A DNA stretch of 64,000 bases from Gemmatimonadota bacterium (GCA_034521595.1 JAXHMG010000003.1:992001-1056000); one strand, 5' to 3'; positions 33,964 to 45,600 are shown, counted from the stretch's first letter. Translations and numbers: made by a program. The notes: generated from the sequence alone by a model not told the origin.

Positions 33964-34222
33964 GCACGTGGCAGCTCCCTGCCGAGTGGTTCGAGCCCTC
34001 CGGCCCTCAAGGTACTTCGAGGCACATGACGGATAACTACATGTTCCCCGAGGGGACTTGTCGGGAATGCGATCCGATAGAGACGGATTCGCGACCCTCT
34101 CATGGTCGTTCCATCCCGGCTGTCAGCACACACATGGGGTCTGCTGGATCCAGCCGATCTTCTTAACTCTGCGTATTCCGGCCACGCGGCGTTGGCGGGT
34201 GATCCTTCTTCCTCTTCCGCAC

Positions 34223-34483
34223 TCATACTCCGTTCCGTCGGAGGTGGCGCCAGGCCGAGCTGTCGACTTCAGCGTCGTGGTCCGGATCGTCCGCCGTTGA
34301 GCCCTGATGCGCCAGAGACTCCCGCAGGGCGGGGCGGGGAAGCCTCCAGTCACGCCCCTGGAGCTTGTAGCCGCGGAGCTCGCCGGCGATTGGCCACCGC
34401 CGGATGGTCGACGGTGACCGCTGAACCTCCTCGGCGACCTGCTCCACACTCATGTCCCGCGTCATGGAGGGCTGCACGTCCAC
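34223..34483 (-). CDS. Excisionase-type HTH DNA-binding protein
   Basis: [35 protein letters not shown]. Confidence 0.75.
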   Translation of the reverse strand: MDVQPSMTRDMSVEQVAEEVQRSPSTIRRWPIAGELRGYKLQGRDWRLPRPALRESLAHQGSTADDPDHDAEVDSSAWRHLRRNGV

Positions 34484-34741
34484 AGACGGACCCTCGAGGA
34501 GCGTGGCCCAGGAGGTCTGCCCGCGTGAGCGTCACGGAGGACGCGTCGGACGGCAGGGCAGCCGCGAGCTCGGCGGAGGCGGTCGGCGAGGTTATAGGCC
34601 TACATCGCTCGATAGGCAGTCGCTCTATCGCACAACTAAGCTGGTCCTGCGACATCGTGCCAGGACCTGCGACATGGTCGAGCGAAGGTGGCTGAGGGTA
34701 CCTGTCTGGGTCGTGTCCCAGTTTCCGTATCAGTTCGGGTT

Positions 34742-34789
34742 GCCGGAAGTCCCCACATGCGACCACGGGGCAATGTGGGAACTTCCGGC
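34742..34789. repeat. Inverted repeat near right island boundary
   Basis: gccggaagtccccacatgc ... gcaatgtgggaacttccggc. Confidence 0.6.
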
Positions 34790-34825
34790 GCACCACCTCG
34801 ATGAACCGAGGACCATCCCGCAAGC

Positions 34826-35198
34826 TCGACCCCTCCGGGTCCTGCTGGCGACGGAGCTTTTTGATCCGGCCGCGCCGGCGCTTCTGGTCCTTGCGCTTCC
34901 TGCGTTCCCGCTTCGGAACGCGGGTCTCCCTCCGGGGCTCCGGACGCCGGTTGTGCTCCTCCAAGGCTTCCCGAAGGCGCTCGAGGGCGCGGGCGCGATT
35001 GCGGTGCTGGCTCCGCTCCTCGCGGGCGACGACCCGGATGCCGGTGGGGTCGTGGACGAGGCGGACGGCCGACTCGGTGCGGTTCTGGTGCTGACCGCCC
35101 GGTCCCCCGGCCACGAAGGTCTCGACACGGCATTCGGCGAGCAGGGCGTCGTCGGAATCGGGGATCGGGACGGGCTCGACGGTGCCTTCGTCGGTCAT
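34826..35198 (-). CDS. Peptidyl-tRNA hydrolase / ArfB-like release factor (expected stop missing; 3' end approximate)
   Basis: [24 protein letters not shown], basic C-terminal tail. Confidence 0.85.
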
Positions 35199-35337
35199 GC
35201 TGGACTCCTCGCGGCGGTCGGCCCGACCGGTGCTTTCAGCGACGGCGGTCCGGAAAGGTGGCCTCCGGTGGTATGGAACTCCCGTCGGGATCTAGGTAGT
35301 GTTCCGGCGGCACTTCTCACGTCTCGACGAGCCGCGG

Positions 35338-36420
35338 ATGATCTACGACCGGTCCGACCAGAACCCGGGGGCGAACCTCCTGTTCATGTTGGCGTGTCTC
35401 GTGGTCGTCGTCTACGGGATGCGCTTCGCGGCCGCCATCCTCCTCCCGTCGGCGTTGGCTCTGTTCCTGACCGTGCTGAGCTTGCCGGTCATGCTGTGGC
35501 TGCGCCAGCGTCACGTCCCGGGCGCGGTGGCCATCACGCTCACGGTGCTTCTGGACGTCGGGGTGATCGGGCTGCTCATCCTCATGGTGAGCCAGTCGGT
35601 CTCCGAGCTCCAGGCTCAGCTGCCCCGTTACATCAGGCAGTTCCAGGAGCTCCAGGTCACATGGTTCAGCGCGATCGAGTCGCGCACCGATTTCGCGGTG
35701 TCACAGTACCTGACGACGGACCTCGTCGACCCACTGGCGATCATCGACTTTGCCCGCGGTGCCGTGGGCCGGGTCGCCCAGTTCGTTTCGATGACCTTTC
35801 TCGTCTTCCTCATCATGGCGTTCATGCTGAGCGAGGCGATGGTCTTTCCGGAAAAGTTCCGGCATGTCGCGGGACCCGGCAAGAAGAACGAGGACCGACT
35901 CCAGAAGGTCGTGGGCGAGATTCAGACCTACCTGGGGATCAAGACGGTGATCTCCATCGCGACCGGCTTGATCCTCGGGACATGGGCTCACCTCATGGGT
36001 CTCGATTTCCCCATCCTGCTGGGGCTGATCGCGTTCGTGCTCAACTACGTGCCCACCGTGGGCTCCATTCTGGCCGCCCTGCCCGCGCTCTTCCTGAGCC
36101 TCATCCTGGTGGGGACGGTCGGTCACGCGGTGGGCGTGGCCGTCGGCTACGTGGTCGTGAACACGCTCTTCGGCAACATCTTGGAACCCACGCTCATGGG
36201 GCGCCGTCTGGGCCTCTCCACGCTGGTCGTGATCCTGTCGCTGCTGTTCTGGGGATGGGCGTGGGGGCCCCTCGGTGCGCTCCTTTCGGTGCCGCTCACC
36301 GTCGTGGTCAAGATCTGGTTGGAGAACACGAAGGACCTCAGGTGGGTAGCCGTACTCCTGGACAAGATGCCCCCTCCGGAGTCCGTCGTGGCTCCGGACT
36401 CCGCCGAACAGGCAGGTTGA
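35338..36420 (+). CDS. AI-2E family transporter
   Basis: YLGIKT, LNYVPTVGS, EPTLMGRRLGLS, LLSVPLT. Confidence 0.92.
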   Translation: MIYDRSDQNPGANLLFMLACLVVVVYGMRFAAAILLPSALALFLTVLSLPVMLWLRQRHVPGAVAITLTVLLDVGVIGLLILMVSQSVSELQAQLPRYIRQFQELQVTWFSAIESRTDFAVSQYLTTDLVDPLAIIDFARGAVGRVAQFVSMTFLVFLIMAFMLSEAMVFPEKFRHVAGPGKKNEDRLQKVVGEIQTYLGIKTVISIATGLILGTWAHLMGLDFPILLGLIAFVLNYVPTVGSILAALPALFLSLILVGTVGHAVGVAVGYVVVNTLFGNILEPTLMGRRLGLSTLVVILSLLFWGWAWGPLGALLSVPLTVVVKIWLENTKDLRWVAVLLDKMPPPESVVAPDSAEQAG

Positions 36421-36422
36421 CG

Positions 36423-36929
36423 ATGGCACGCGTACCGTTCGAGACACTTCCCGACCATGGCCGACTCTGGGTCTTTCCCGCCTCGCGCTCTCTATCCGGG
36501 TCCGAGCGAGAGCAGTTGTTGAACGAGGTCGATGCGTTTCTGGAGACGTGGGCGGCGCACGGTCGTCCGCTGAAGGCGTCGCGAGAGCTCCGTGACGACC
36601 GTTTTCTCGTAGTCGGCGTCGATGTCGATGCGGCTTCGCCCTCCGGATGCTCGATCGACGCCTTGGTGAACGGGCTGGAGGAGCTGGCCGAACGATTCGG
36701 CATCACCCTCACGGACCACGCCCCGGTCCGCTATCGGGACGACGGCGAGATCCGGCAGGTGTCCCGCCCCGAGTTCCGGTCACTCGCGAAGAACGGCCGG
36801 ATCGGCCCGGACGTGAGAGTGTTCGACACGACCCTGACGACGATCGCCCAGCTTCGACAGGGTGGGCTCGAGGGCCGGGCCGCGGATACGTGGCACGGAC
36901 GGGCCTTCTTCAGCGCCCAGCTGCAGTAG
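36423..36929 (+). CDS. Conserved hypothetical protein
   Basis: LPDHGRLWVF, WAAHGRPL, SGCSID, WH motifs; host-like codon use. Confidence 0.75.
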   Translation: MARVPFETLPDHGRLWVFPASRSLSGSEREQLLNEVDAFLETWAAHGRPLKASRELRDDRFLVVGVDVDAASPSGCSIDALVNGLEELAERFGITLTDHAPVRYRDDGEIRQVSRPEFRSLAKNGRIGPDVRVFDTTLTTIAQLRQGGLEGRAADTWHGRAFFSAQLQ

Positions 36930-36951
36930 CGGTCGCGCCCGCCGGCGCCTC

Positions 36952-37995
36952 TCAGCTTCGCATCCGCAGGGCGAGGAACTCCGCGATCCGCTCGTCGCCC
37001 CAGAACCGCGGTCGCCATGGGCTTCCGGCGAGGAAGCCCACGTGCCCGCCGGTTGGCTCGAGCTGCAACTCGATGTGGGGGGTTCGGGCGGCTTCCTCGC
37101 GAGGTATGGCGGCCGCCGGTAGGAAGGGATCATCCACGGCGTGCAGCAGGAGCGTGGGAACCCGCACGCTCTCCAGGTATCGGTTGCTGCTCGAATGGGC
37201 GTAGTAGTGCTCGGCGTCTTCGAAGCCGTGAAGCGGCGCCGTGATCAGGTCGTCGAAGCGGCGCAGGGTCGGAGCGGCGTAGACGGCGTCGAGGTCCACC
37301 CGGTGAGCGAGCCGTCCTGCCTTGGCGCGCACCTTGTTCTTGAGCGAATGGAGGAAGTACTCCGTGTACGCCCGCCCCATCGCGCTTTGTTCGAGGAGTG
37401 CGGAGCCAGCCGACAGATCGTAGGGCACGGACATCGCCACGGCCGCGTCGAGGAGAGCCCGTCCACCGTCCTCCCGCTCACCCATGAGCTTCAGCAGGAT
37501 GTTGCCGCCGAGGGAGAAGCCGACGGCGGCCAACCGTCGATCCGGATGGCGGTCGCGGAGTCGGGAGAGCACTGCGACGGGGTCTTCGGTGGCCCCCGAG
37601 TGGTAGAAGCGATCCGAGCTGTTCGGCTCGCCGCTGCAGCCGCGGAAGTTGAGGGCCGCCGGCCACAAACCCTTCGCTGCGAGCTCCGCGCAGACGTTCC
37701 GTACGTACCCACTCTTCGAACACCCTTCGAGCCCGTGCATGACCAGCACGATCGGCGCGTCGGGACCGGGGTCGGGGCCCCAGTCGAGGTCGAGGAAGTC
37801 ACCGTCCGCCGTGGACAGCCGTTCGCGCCTGTACACCAGCCCGTTGCCGGACCGCAGCATCCGGGCGGCCAAGGTCTGCAGGTGCGGTCCGGGCGCCCAG
37901 CGGGAAGGCCTGAACACGTCCGAGACCGTCGGCACGGAAGGATCCGCCGTCTCAGGGGACGGGGTGGGCTTTCTCAAGGGATGGACGGTTGCCAT
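36952..37995 (-). CDS. YheT-like alpha/beta hydrolase
   Basis: HLQT, HGLEG, NFRGCSG, GFSLGGN, DDPF, GGHVGF. Confidence 0.92.
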   Translation of the reverse strand: MATVHPLRKPTPSPETADPSVPTVSDVFRPSRWAPGPHLQTLAARMLRSGNGLVYRRERLSTADGDFLDLDWGPDPGPDAPIVLVMHGLEGCSKSGYVRNVCAELAAKGLWPAALNFRGCSGEPNSSDRFYHSGATEDPVAVLSRLRDRHPDRRLAAVGFSLGGNILLKLMGEREDGGRALLDAAVAMSVPYDLSAGSALLEQSAMGRAYTEYFLHSLKNKVRAKAGRLAHRVDLDAVYAAPTLRRFDDLITAPLHGFEDAEHYYAHSSSNRYLESVRVPTLLLHAVDDPFLPAAAIPREEAARTPHIELQLEPTGGHVGFLAGSPWRPRFWGDERIAEFLALRMRS

Positions 37996-38114
37996 GATGG
38001 ATGAAAGCTAATCGAAACGGGGGTGCGGTGGATCGTTGTGAGCGGTCGGGCCGACCACTGGACGGGTCGTCGCGAAGGGAGGTCCATGGCGAGCAAGCGG
38101 GGCGAGGGGTAGCG

Positions 38115-39266
38115 ATGCGCCCGCTCGGTGTGGGCGCGCTCGTCGGCGCCGTGGCCATCTGGATGGCGGTCGGGCCGGCGTTCGCTCAGTCCGGATACGA
38201 AGGTGCGGAAGCCGGCCCGCGCCCGGACACCCTGACGGCGCGCTCGACCGCGTGGTGGCTTCGGTGGGGGCCGGAGCGCCCGGACCTCCTGCGCTACAAC
38301 CGTGTCGAAGGGCTTTCGGTGGGCGTCCGGGCGGGCGTGCGCCCCTATGCCTTCGGGCGCGGCCTTCCGGTGACGACGACCGTGCGGCTGGGCACGGCCG
38401 ACCGCACCCCGAGCTTCCGTCTCGCCATCGAGCGCCCGTCGTTGCGGCGCGCGCTCTCCGTGGCCTTCTACGACGAGTTGTCCACGACCGAGCAGGGAGC
38501 GAGGCACTTCGGGCCCCTGAACTCGCTGACGAGCGCCCTCGCCGGGCGCGATGCCGGCGACTACTACCGCCGCACGGGTGTCCGGTTCGCTTGGGAGCCG
38601 CCGCCCACGGAGCACCCGACCTACGGAGTCGCGATCCACTCGGAGCGCCACGCCTCCGTGAGCGCGGAGACCCGTGCGTCGTTGGCGCGCCTGTGGCACG
38701 GGGACGGGTGGGCGTTCCGGCCCAATGTGGCGGCCGAGGAAGGCTGGGAGCACGCGCTCACCGTCGCGTGGACGCCCTGGTGGGGCCGGGATCGCCGGAG
38801 CGTGCGGGGCGGGGTCCGGACGGTCGCCGCCGCGGCGTTGGGCGACCTGAGGCATGTGCGGGCGGCCGTCCTCGGCCGCTTGGTGCTTCCGATTCCCGGA
38901 GGGATGCGGGTCGCGTTCGCGGCGGGGGGAGGAGGGGCGAGTGAGGAAGTGCCGCTCCAGCGGAGCTTCGCCGTGGGCGGTCCGTCTACGTTGCGCGGAT
39001 ATCCTTCCCGCGTCCGTGTCGGGCCCTGCCACGCGCGGGCCCGCGTCGAGCTCGAGCGTACGGTGGCACCCGGAGCGGTCGTGGCGTTTTGGGATGGCGC
39101 GTGGGCGGGAGCGTGCGACGCCTGGTCCGAAGCGAGCCCGCTGCGCTCCGTCGGGATCGGGGTGGCGTTGGTCGACGGGTTCGTGCGGGCGGATCTCGTG
39201 CGCGCTCTGGACGCTCCCGGGGCCGTCCGGCTCGAGGTCTACGTGGACGATCCCCCCTACCGGTGA
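38115..39266 (+). CDS. Outer-membrane beta-barrel protein (Omp85/BamA-TamA barrel-like)
   Basis: Signal peptide; LRYNRVEG; VGGPSTLRGY loop motif. Confidence 0.6.
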   Translation: MRPLGVGALVGAVAIWMAVGPAFAQSGYEGAEAGPRPDTLTARSTAWWLRWGPERPDLLRYNRVEGLSVGVRAGVRPYAFGRGLPVTTTVRLGTADRTPSFRLAIERPSLRRALSVAFYDELSTTEQGARHFGPLNSLTSALAGRDAGDYYRRTGVRFAWEPPPTEHPTYGVAIHSERHASVSAETRASLARLWHGDGWAFRPNVAAEEGWEHALTVAWTPWWGRDRRSVRGGVRTVAAAALGDLRHVRAAVLGRLVLPIPGGMRVAFAAGGGGASEEVPLQRSFAVGGPSTLRGYPSRVRVGPCHARARVELERTVAPGAVVAFWDGAWAGACDAWSEASPLRSVGIGVALVDGFVRADLVRALDAPGAVRLEVYVDDPPYR

Positions 39267-39329
39267 GCCTCGACGGTACTTCGCACCATTCTGCACTAAA
39301 CAGCGTTACCGGCTCATCGCCCTTGTATA

Positions 39330-39365
39330 TTGACGTCCTGTCAGTCCTTGTTTACAGTGTTCACT
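39330..39365 (+). promoter_or_regulatory. Sigma70 promoter with overlapping imperfect palindrome, upstream of TetR gene
   Basis: TTGACG-N17-TACAGT ending 7 nt before ATG 39366; GTttACAgTGTtcAC dyad. Confidence 0.6.
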
Positions 39366-40001
39366 ATGTCCGACCAACGCAGCAATATCCTGGCCCACGC
39401 TTGCGACCTCTACCTGGCCGAAGGGCTCGACGGCTTTTCCATGAGGAAGCTCGCGCGCGCGGTCGGCGTGACGGCTCCGGCGCTCTACCGGCACTTCGAG
39501 AGCCGCGAGGCCGTACTGGCGGATGTGGTGCGCGAGGCGCACCGGGCGTTTACCGCCTACCTGTACCGGGCGCTCGAAGGCCGCACGCCCGAGGAGCGCC
39601 TGACGCGGGCCGGTGAGGGGTATCTGGAGTTCGCCCTGCAGCAGCCCCGGTGGTACCAGATGGTCTTCATCGCGCCCGACCAGATCGGACAGGAAACCCT
39701 GCCCGACGACATCGAGGCACAAGGATGCGCGATCCACCAGTTCTGGGTGGATCGACTGCGGGAGTGCATGGATGCCGAGCTGTTGGCGCCCGCGGATCCC
39801 GTGGACGTGGGGCTCACGCTGTGGGCGCATGCGCACGGCCTGATCAAGCTGTACCAGAACGGGCATTTCCAGATGAACGAAGACGAATTCCGCGAGCTGT
39901 ACCGTGCCTCGGGAGCGCGGATCATGATGGGCATCGCGACGGATGCGTACCGACGAGAGCTCGCTCAACGCTTCGATGCCGAAGCGGCCACGGCGGGCTG
40001 A
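39366..40001 (+). CDS. TetR/AcrR-family regulator
   Basis: GLDGFSMRKLARAVGVTAPALYRHF. Confidence 0.93.
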   Translation: MSDQRSNILAHACDLYLAEGLDGFSMRKLARAVGVTAPALYRHFESREAVLADVVREAHRAFTAYLYRALEGRTPEERLTRAGEGYLEFALQQPRWYQMVFIAPDQIGQETLPDDIEAQGCAIHQFWVDRLRECMDAELLAPADPVDVGLTLWAHAHGLIKLYQNGHFQMNEDEFRELYRASGARIMMGIATDAYRRELAQRFDAEAATAG

Positions 40002-40022
40002 CGAGCATATTCGGAGGATGGG

Positions 40023-41511
40023 ATGCGGATGACAACGAGCCGGTCGTCGGGGGTTCTGATCGCGCTCCTCCTGACAGGCGCTCCTTTGGGAGTGGATGCG
40101 CAGGAGACGCGCGTGCTCGGCCTCGAAGACGCCGTGCGAACGGCTCTCGACCAGAGCAGGGACGTGCGCACCGCCGAGCTGGGGCTGGAGGAAGCCAACG
40201 AACAGGTGTCCGAAGCGTGGAGCAACGTCTATCCCTCGGTCGACTTCAACGCGAGCTATACTCGCAACCTGTCGCCGGCGGTGAACTTCCTTCCGGCCGC
40301 GATCTTCGGTGACCCCGACGCGGGGCCGGACGACTTCGTCCCCGTGCAATTCGGGGCCGACAACACGTGGCAGTCGACCATCGCCCTCGAGCAACCGATC
40401 TTCGCCGCGGGCGCGTTTCTCGGGGTCGGTGCGGCGGCGCGCTTCCGTGACCTCCAGGAAGAGGTCGTGCGGGGCCGGGTCCAGACGGTCGTGACCCGGG
40501 TGCGCTCTTCCTACTACGGCCTCCTGCTCGCGCAGGAGCAGGCACGCCTCATGGAGAACTCCGTGCGCCGGGTCCGTCAGTCGCTCAAGGAAACGCGATC
40601 GTTGAACGAGGCCGGAATCGTTTCGGACTACGACGTGCTCCGCCTCGAGGTCGAGCTGGCCAACCTCGAGCCGAACCTCCGTCGGGCCCGGAACGCGGTG
40701 GAGCAAGCGCGCCGCCAGTTGGCTCTGGAGCTCGACCTTCCGACCGACGCCGATCTCGCCGTCACGGGCGAGCTCGCGAGCATGGATCTGGAGGACCCGT
40801 CGGCGAACGATTCCGCCAACCGGGAGATCCTGTCCTTCGTCGGGTTCGGCGAGCCCGATGGGGAGCCCGAGGTCGACGAAGCGGTCTCGCTCGCCCAGGA
40901 GCTCCGCTCCGACCTCCGGCAGCTCGAGCTCACGCAGTCGTTGCGCAAGACCGAGATGCGCCTCGAGCAGGCCGAGTATCTGCCGCGGATCACGTTGTTC
41001 GGGAACTACGTCATCAACGCCCAGAACAACGGCAGCCCGAGCTTCTTCGGCCAGGGACGGGGGGCAACGCGCCTATTCGAGGAACATTGGGATCAGGGTG
41101 AGCGTGCCCCTGTTTGAGGGCTTCTCCCGGGACGCACGCGTCGACCAGCGGCGGGCGTCGCTGCAGCAGGCGGAAACGGAGACGGAGTTCGCGACCGACC
41201 AGGCCCGCTCGGAGGTGCGCACGCTCGTCGAGCGAGCCGAGGAGGCCTACCTGCGCGCCACCGGACAACGTCTGGCCGTGCGGCAGGCGCGGGAGGGCTT
41301 CGAGATCGCGAGCGCCCAGTACCGGGAGGGCATCGGGAGCCAGCTCGAGTTGACGGACGCGGAGGTCGCGCTTCGCCAGAGTGAGTTCAACTACGCGGAG
41401 GCGGTCTACGACTACCTCGTCGCGCGAGCCGAGCTCGATCAGGCCACGGGGCAGGTCCCGCTGGTGGATGTGGGGGCCGACGCGGCGGTCATGGGGGGCT
41501 CGGAGCGATGA
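40023..41511 (+). CDS. TolC-family outer membrane protein (one frameshift near 41060)
   Basis: OEP repeats split across ORFs 40023-41117 and 40858-41511 at a G-run. Confidence 0.88.
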
Positions 41512-42623
41512 CGATGGACCATATCACGATCAGGGGGGCGACTGCCATGAAAGGGTTCGGGTTGCGTTTCCTCGCCGGGGCCCTCGTGGTCGGGGCCGCC
41601 GCGGGCTGTGGGAGCGACGCGCAGGCGGATGGCGCTCAGGAGACCGGCGAAGCCTCGTTTACGCGCGTGATCAACGTCGAGGTCGAAGAGGTCGCCTTGG
41701 AGGACTTCGTCGAGGAGATCCGCGTGACCGGAGTCGCGCAGGCGAACCAGGACGTGACGGTGTCCGCCGAGGAGAGCGGGGTGATCCGGGCGATCCTGGC
41801 CGAGAAGGGGGCCTTCGTCAGTGAAGGGCAGCCCCTACTCAAGATCGACGACGGGGTGCTCAGGGCCCAGGTGGATCAGGCGCGGGCACAGGCCGAGCTC
41901 GCGGCCCAGACGTGGGAGCGCAGGAAGCGGCTCTGGGAGGAGGACGGCGTCGGCTCGGAGATCGCGTACCTGGAAGCCAAGTTCTCCGCCGAGCAGTCGG
42001 CCGCGAACCTGGCCGGGTTGGAGCGGCGGCTCGAGCGGACCACGGTGCGGGCTCCGTTCGACGGCATCTTCGACGAACGCTCGGTCGAGGTGGGTTCGAT
42101 GGTGAGCCCGGGTCAGGCCGTCGGCCGGGTGGTCGCCCTGTCGACCGTGAAAGTCGAAGCAGGCGTTCCCGAGCGGTACGCTCCCGATGTGAGCCCTGGC
42201 AGCAATGCCACCGTGCGCTTCGACGTCCTTCCGGGGGAGCAGTTCCCGGCGACGATCGAGTTCGTGGGCTCGAGCGTGGATCCGCGGAACCGGACCTTTC
42301 CGATCGAGATCGTGATGGAGAATCCACGGCGCGTCGTGAAGCCCGAGATGGTGGCGAACGTGGTCGTGCAGCGTCGCTCGTTCTCGGACGTCGTCGTCGT
42401 GCCACAGGATGCCTTGGTGCGGGTCGAGGACGGATACGTGCTCTTCGTCGCCGAGGAAGCGGACGGCGATGGACCGAGAGCTCGCACTCGCCAGGTCGAG
42501 CTCGGCCCCAGCCAGAACAACCGGGTCGTCGTCGAATCGGGGCTCGAGCCCGGCGACCGCCTGATCGTGGTTGGGCAGCGATCGGTCGCCGGCGGCGACC
42601 GGATCAACGTGGTTGGCCCTTGA
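41508..42623 (+). CDS. RND efflux periplasmic adaptor (MFP)
   Basis: VSAEESG, TVRAPFDG, VDPRNRTF, GLEPGDRLIV. Confidence 0.92.
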   Translation: MTMDHITIRGATAMKGFGLRFLAGALVVGAAAGCGSDAQADGAQETGEASFTRVINVEVEEVALEDFVEEIRVTGVAQANQDVTVSAEESGVIRAILAEKGAFVSEGQPLLKIDDGVLRAQVDQARAQAELAAQTWERRKRLWEEDGVGSEIAYLEAKFSAEQSAANLAGLERRLERTTVRAPFDGIFDERSVEVGSMVSPGQAVGRVVALSTVKVEAGVPERYAPDVSPGSNATVRFDVLPGEQFPATIEFVGSSVDPRNRTFPIEIVMENPRRVVKPEMVANVVVQRRSFSDVVVVPQDALVRVEDGYVLFVAEEADGDGPRARTRQVELGPSQNNRVVVESGLEPGDRLIVVGQRSVAGGDRINVVGP

Positions 42624-42688
42624 GCGGCTACGGGAGAGACGGACGATGAACGCGACGCGGTTTGGCGCGCAAAGGATGGATGATGTCC

Positions 42689-45600
42689 ATGGCTGATCCA
42701 CGAAGCACGGGTGGGGGCAACGGGACGCCCACGCGGGGCGCCCTGGCGCGGTTCAAGGAGTTCGCGCCCACGAGGTTCGCGATCGAGCACAAGACCAGCG
42801 TGGTCGTGCTCCTCGTCATCGTCGTGGTCATGGGGGCCCTGGCGTACCGGGCGACGCCGAAGGAGTCGTTCCCGGAGCTCCCCATCCCGATGATCGTGGT
42901 GAACACCCAGTATCCGGGCGTATCACCGGCCGACATGGAGAGTCAGGTCACCCGGGTCATCGAAGAGGATCTCAGCACGATCGGCGAGATCGACGAGCTC
43001 ACGTCGACCTCGGTCGAAGGGTACTCCAGCATCACGGCCGAGTTCGGGACCGATATCGACCTCGACGAGGCGCTGCAGAAGGTCCGTGAGAAGGTGGACC
43101 TCGCGAAGCCCGACCTGCCGAGCGATGTAGAGGACCCCAGCATCGTCGAGTTCAACTTCTCCGAAGTCCCGATCATGCAGGTGAACCTGTCCGGCGAGTA
43201 CGGGCTGGTCCGCCTCAAGGAGATCGGGGAAGAGCTGCAGGACCGCATCGAGCAGATTCCGGCGGTTCTGCGCGCGGACCTGCGCGGGGGGCTCGAGCGC
43301 GAAGTGCAGGTGGACGTCGACCTCGTACGGCTGCAATTCTACGGGGTGGCTCTCGCCGACCTGGTGGACGCCATCCGGGACGAGAACGTCAACGTGCCGG
43401 GCGGCTCCATCGACGTGGGGTCGTCGAAGTACCTTCTCAGGGTGGACGGGGAGTTCACCGACCCGTCACACATCGAGGACATCGTCGTGTCGATGGCCGA
43501 CGGCCGTCCCGTGTACCTGCGCGATATCGCCCAGGTGGATTTCGGGTTCGCCGAGCGTGAGACCTACGCACGGATGAACGGAAACGCCGTGGTCACGCTC
43601 GATGTCGTCAAGCGGGCTGGGGCGAACATCATCGAGACCGCGGCCGAGGTCAACGCGGTCATCGACGAGATGGATCCGCTCTTTCCGCCGACGACGGCGG
43701 TCGAGATCACTTCCGATCAGACCGAGCAGATCGAGCAGATGGTCTCGAGCCTCGAGAACAACATCCTCTCGGGCCTCATCCTGATCATCGCCGTTCTCTT
43801 GTTCTTCCTGGGGCTCGGGAACTCCGTCTTCGTGGCCATCTCGATTCCCTCGTCCATGTTCCTTTCGTTCATCGTGCTGAACGCGATGGGCATCTCGATG
43901 AACATGGTCGTGCTCTTCAGCCTGATCCTGGCCCTCGGCATGCTCGTCGACAACGCGATCGTCGTCGTCGAGAACATCTACCGATTCCTCGAGGAAGGCT
44001 GGGATCGTGTGGAGGCGGCGAAGAAAGCGACCGGCGAAGTCGCATGGCCGATCATCGCCGCGACGGCCACCACGCTGGCGGCCTTCACCCCGCTGCTCTT
44101 CTGGCCCGGCGAAGTCGGCTCGTTCATGGGCTATCTGCCGACCACGCTGATCATCACGTTGACGAGCTCACTCTTCGTAGCGCTGGTCATCGTGCCGACC
44201 CTGTGCGCGATGTTCATGAAGCTCGAAGGGACACCGCGGCAGCCGATGACGCCCGCGATGCGGTGGACGCTCGTCGGAGGGGGCGTGGTCCTCCTCCTGG
44301 GGATCGCGGGCGCGAACCCGTTGACGGCGGTGCTCATCGCCCTGACCGCCGGGTTCCTGTGGGCGCTCCACAAATTTCTGCTGGGGCGGTTCGCGCGGAC
44401 CTTCCAGGACAGGACGCTCCCCTATGCGGTCGATGGCCTCTACGAGCCCTCCCTGCGCTGGGCGCTGCGGCATCGCGCCGCGATGTTGGGGGGCACCTTC
44501 GTTCTCTTCGCCGTCACGGTGATGGCGTTCGGCCGGTTCAATGCCGGGATCGAATACTTTCCCGAGTCCATGCCGCCGGCGCAGCTCATCGTGGATATCG
44601 AGGCTCCGGTAGGAACCCGCGCCGCCGTCACCGATCAGATCGTCCAACGTATCGAGTCCTCACTCGAAGGCTTTCCGGGCAGCCGGGACTGGGAATCCGT
44701 CGTCGCGGTGACGGGGAGCGGTGGCGGCGGTGGCGGCAACTTCATGGCCGGGGGACCGGATGGGCCGGAGGGCGGGCGCGTGACCGTATCGCTCGTCGAT
44801 TTCCAGGACCGCGAAGTGGATGCGTTCGACGTTCTCGCCGACCTTCAGGCATCGCTCGGCGACGACATCGCGGGGGCTACGATCACGGTGGACAAGCCGC
44901 AGGAGGGCCCCGCCCAGGGCGCGCCGGTGAGCGTGGAGATCGTGGGAGAGGATCCCGGAAACCTTAAGGTGTTGTCGGACCGGGTGTTGACCGTGCTCGA
45001 GGACTCGGACGTGTACCCGAAGCTGGTGGGGCTCGAGAGCGACCTCGACGAGGCCCGAGCCGAGCTCTCGATCCAGGTCGACCGGGAGCGGGCCGCGCTG
45101 TACGACCTGAGCACGGCGGCGGTCGGTAACGCCGTGCGTGGAGCCATCAACGGTATCGAGGCGGCCCAGTACCGCACCGGCAACGACGAATACGACATCA
45201 TCGTCAGGCTCGCGCCCGAGTATCGGCAGGACCTCGAATCCCTCCGCGACCTCACCGTCATGGCCGAAGGAGGGATCCAGGTCCCGCTGGTGCAAGTGGC
45301 TGATTGGAGCGTACAGGACGGCTACGGGTCGATCCGGCGGAAGGACCAGGAACGCATGGCCACGATCACCTCCGACGTCGCTGCGGGATTCAACTCCAAC
45401 GCGGTCCTGGGCGAGGTCCGGTCGGTGCTGTCCGATTTCGAGGAGTCCGAGCTGCCCCCGGGCTATACGCTCCGCTACACCGGGCAGTCGGAGGACCAGG
45501 CCGAGGCTCAGGCCTTCCTCGGGGGGGCGTTTCTCACGGCTCTGATGTTGATCGCGTTCATCCTGATCAGCCAGTTCAACTCGGTGGTCAAGCCGGTGAT

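Noticed and set aside
34400-35000. attR duplication of the tRNA 3' end
   Set aside because: Only 7-9 nt matches (gtcctgc, cctgcgac) found; not distinguishable from chance.
41050-41070. Programmed frameshift or phase variation in TolC
   Set aside because: Single indel at a short G-run (gggacggggg); a sequencing error is the simpler explanation.
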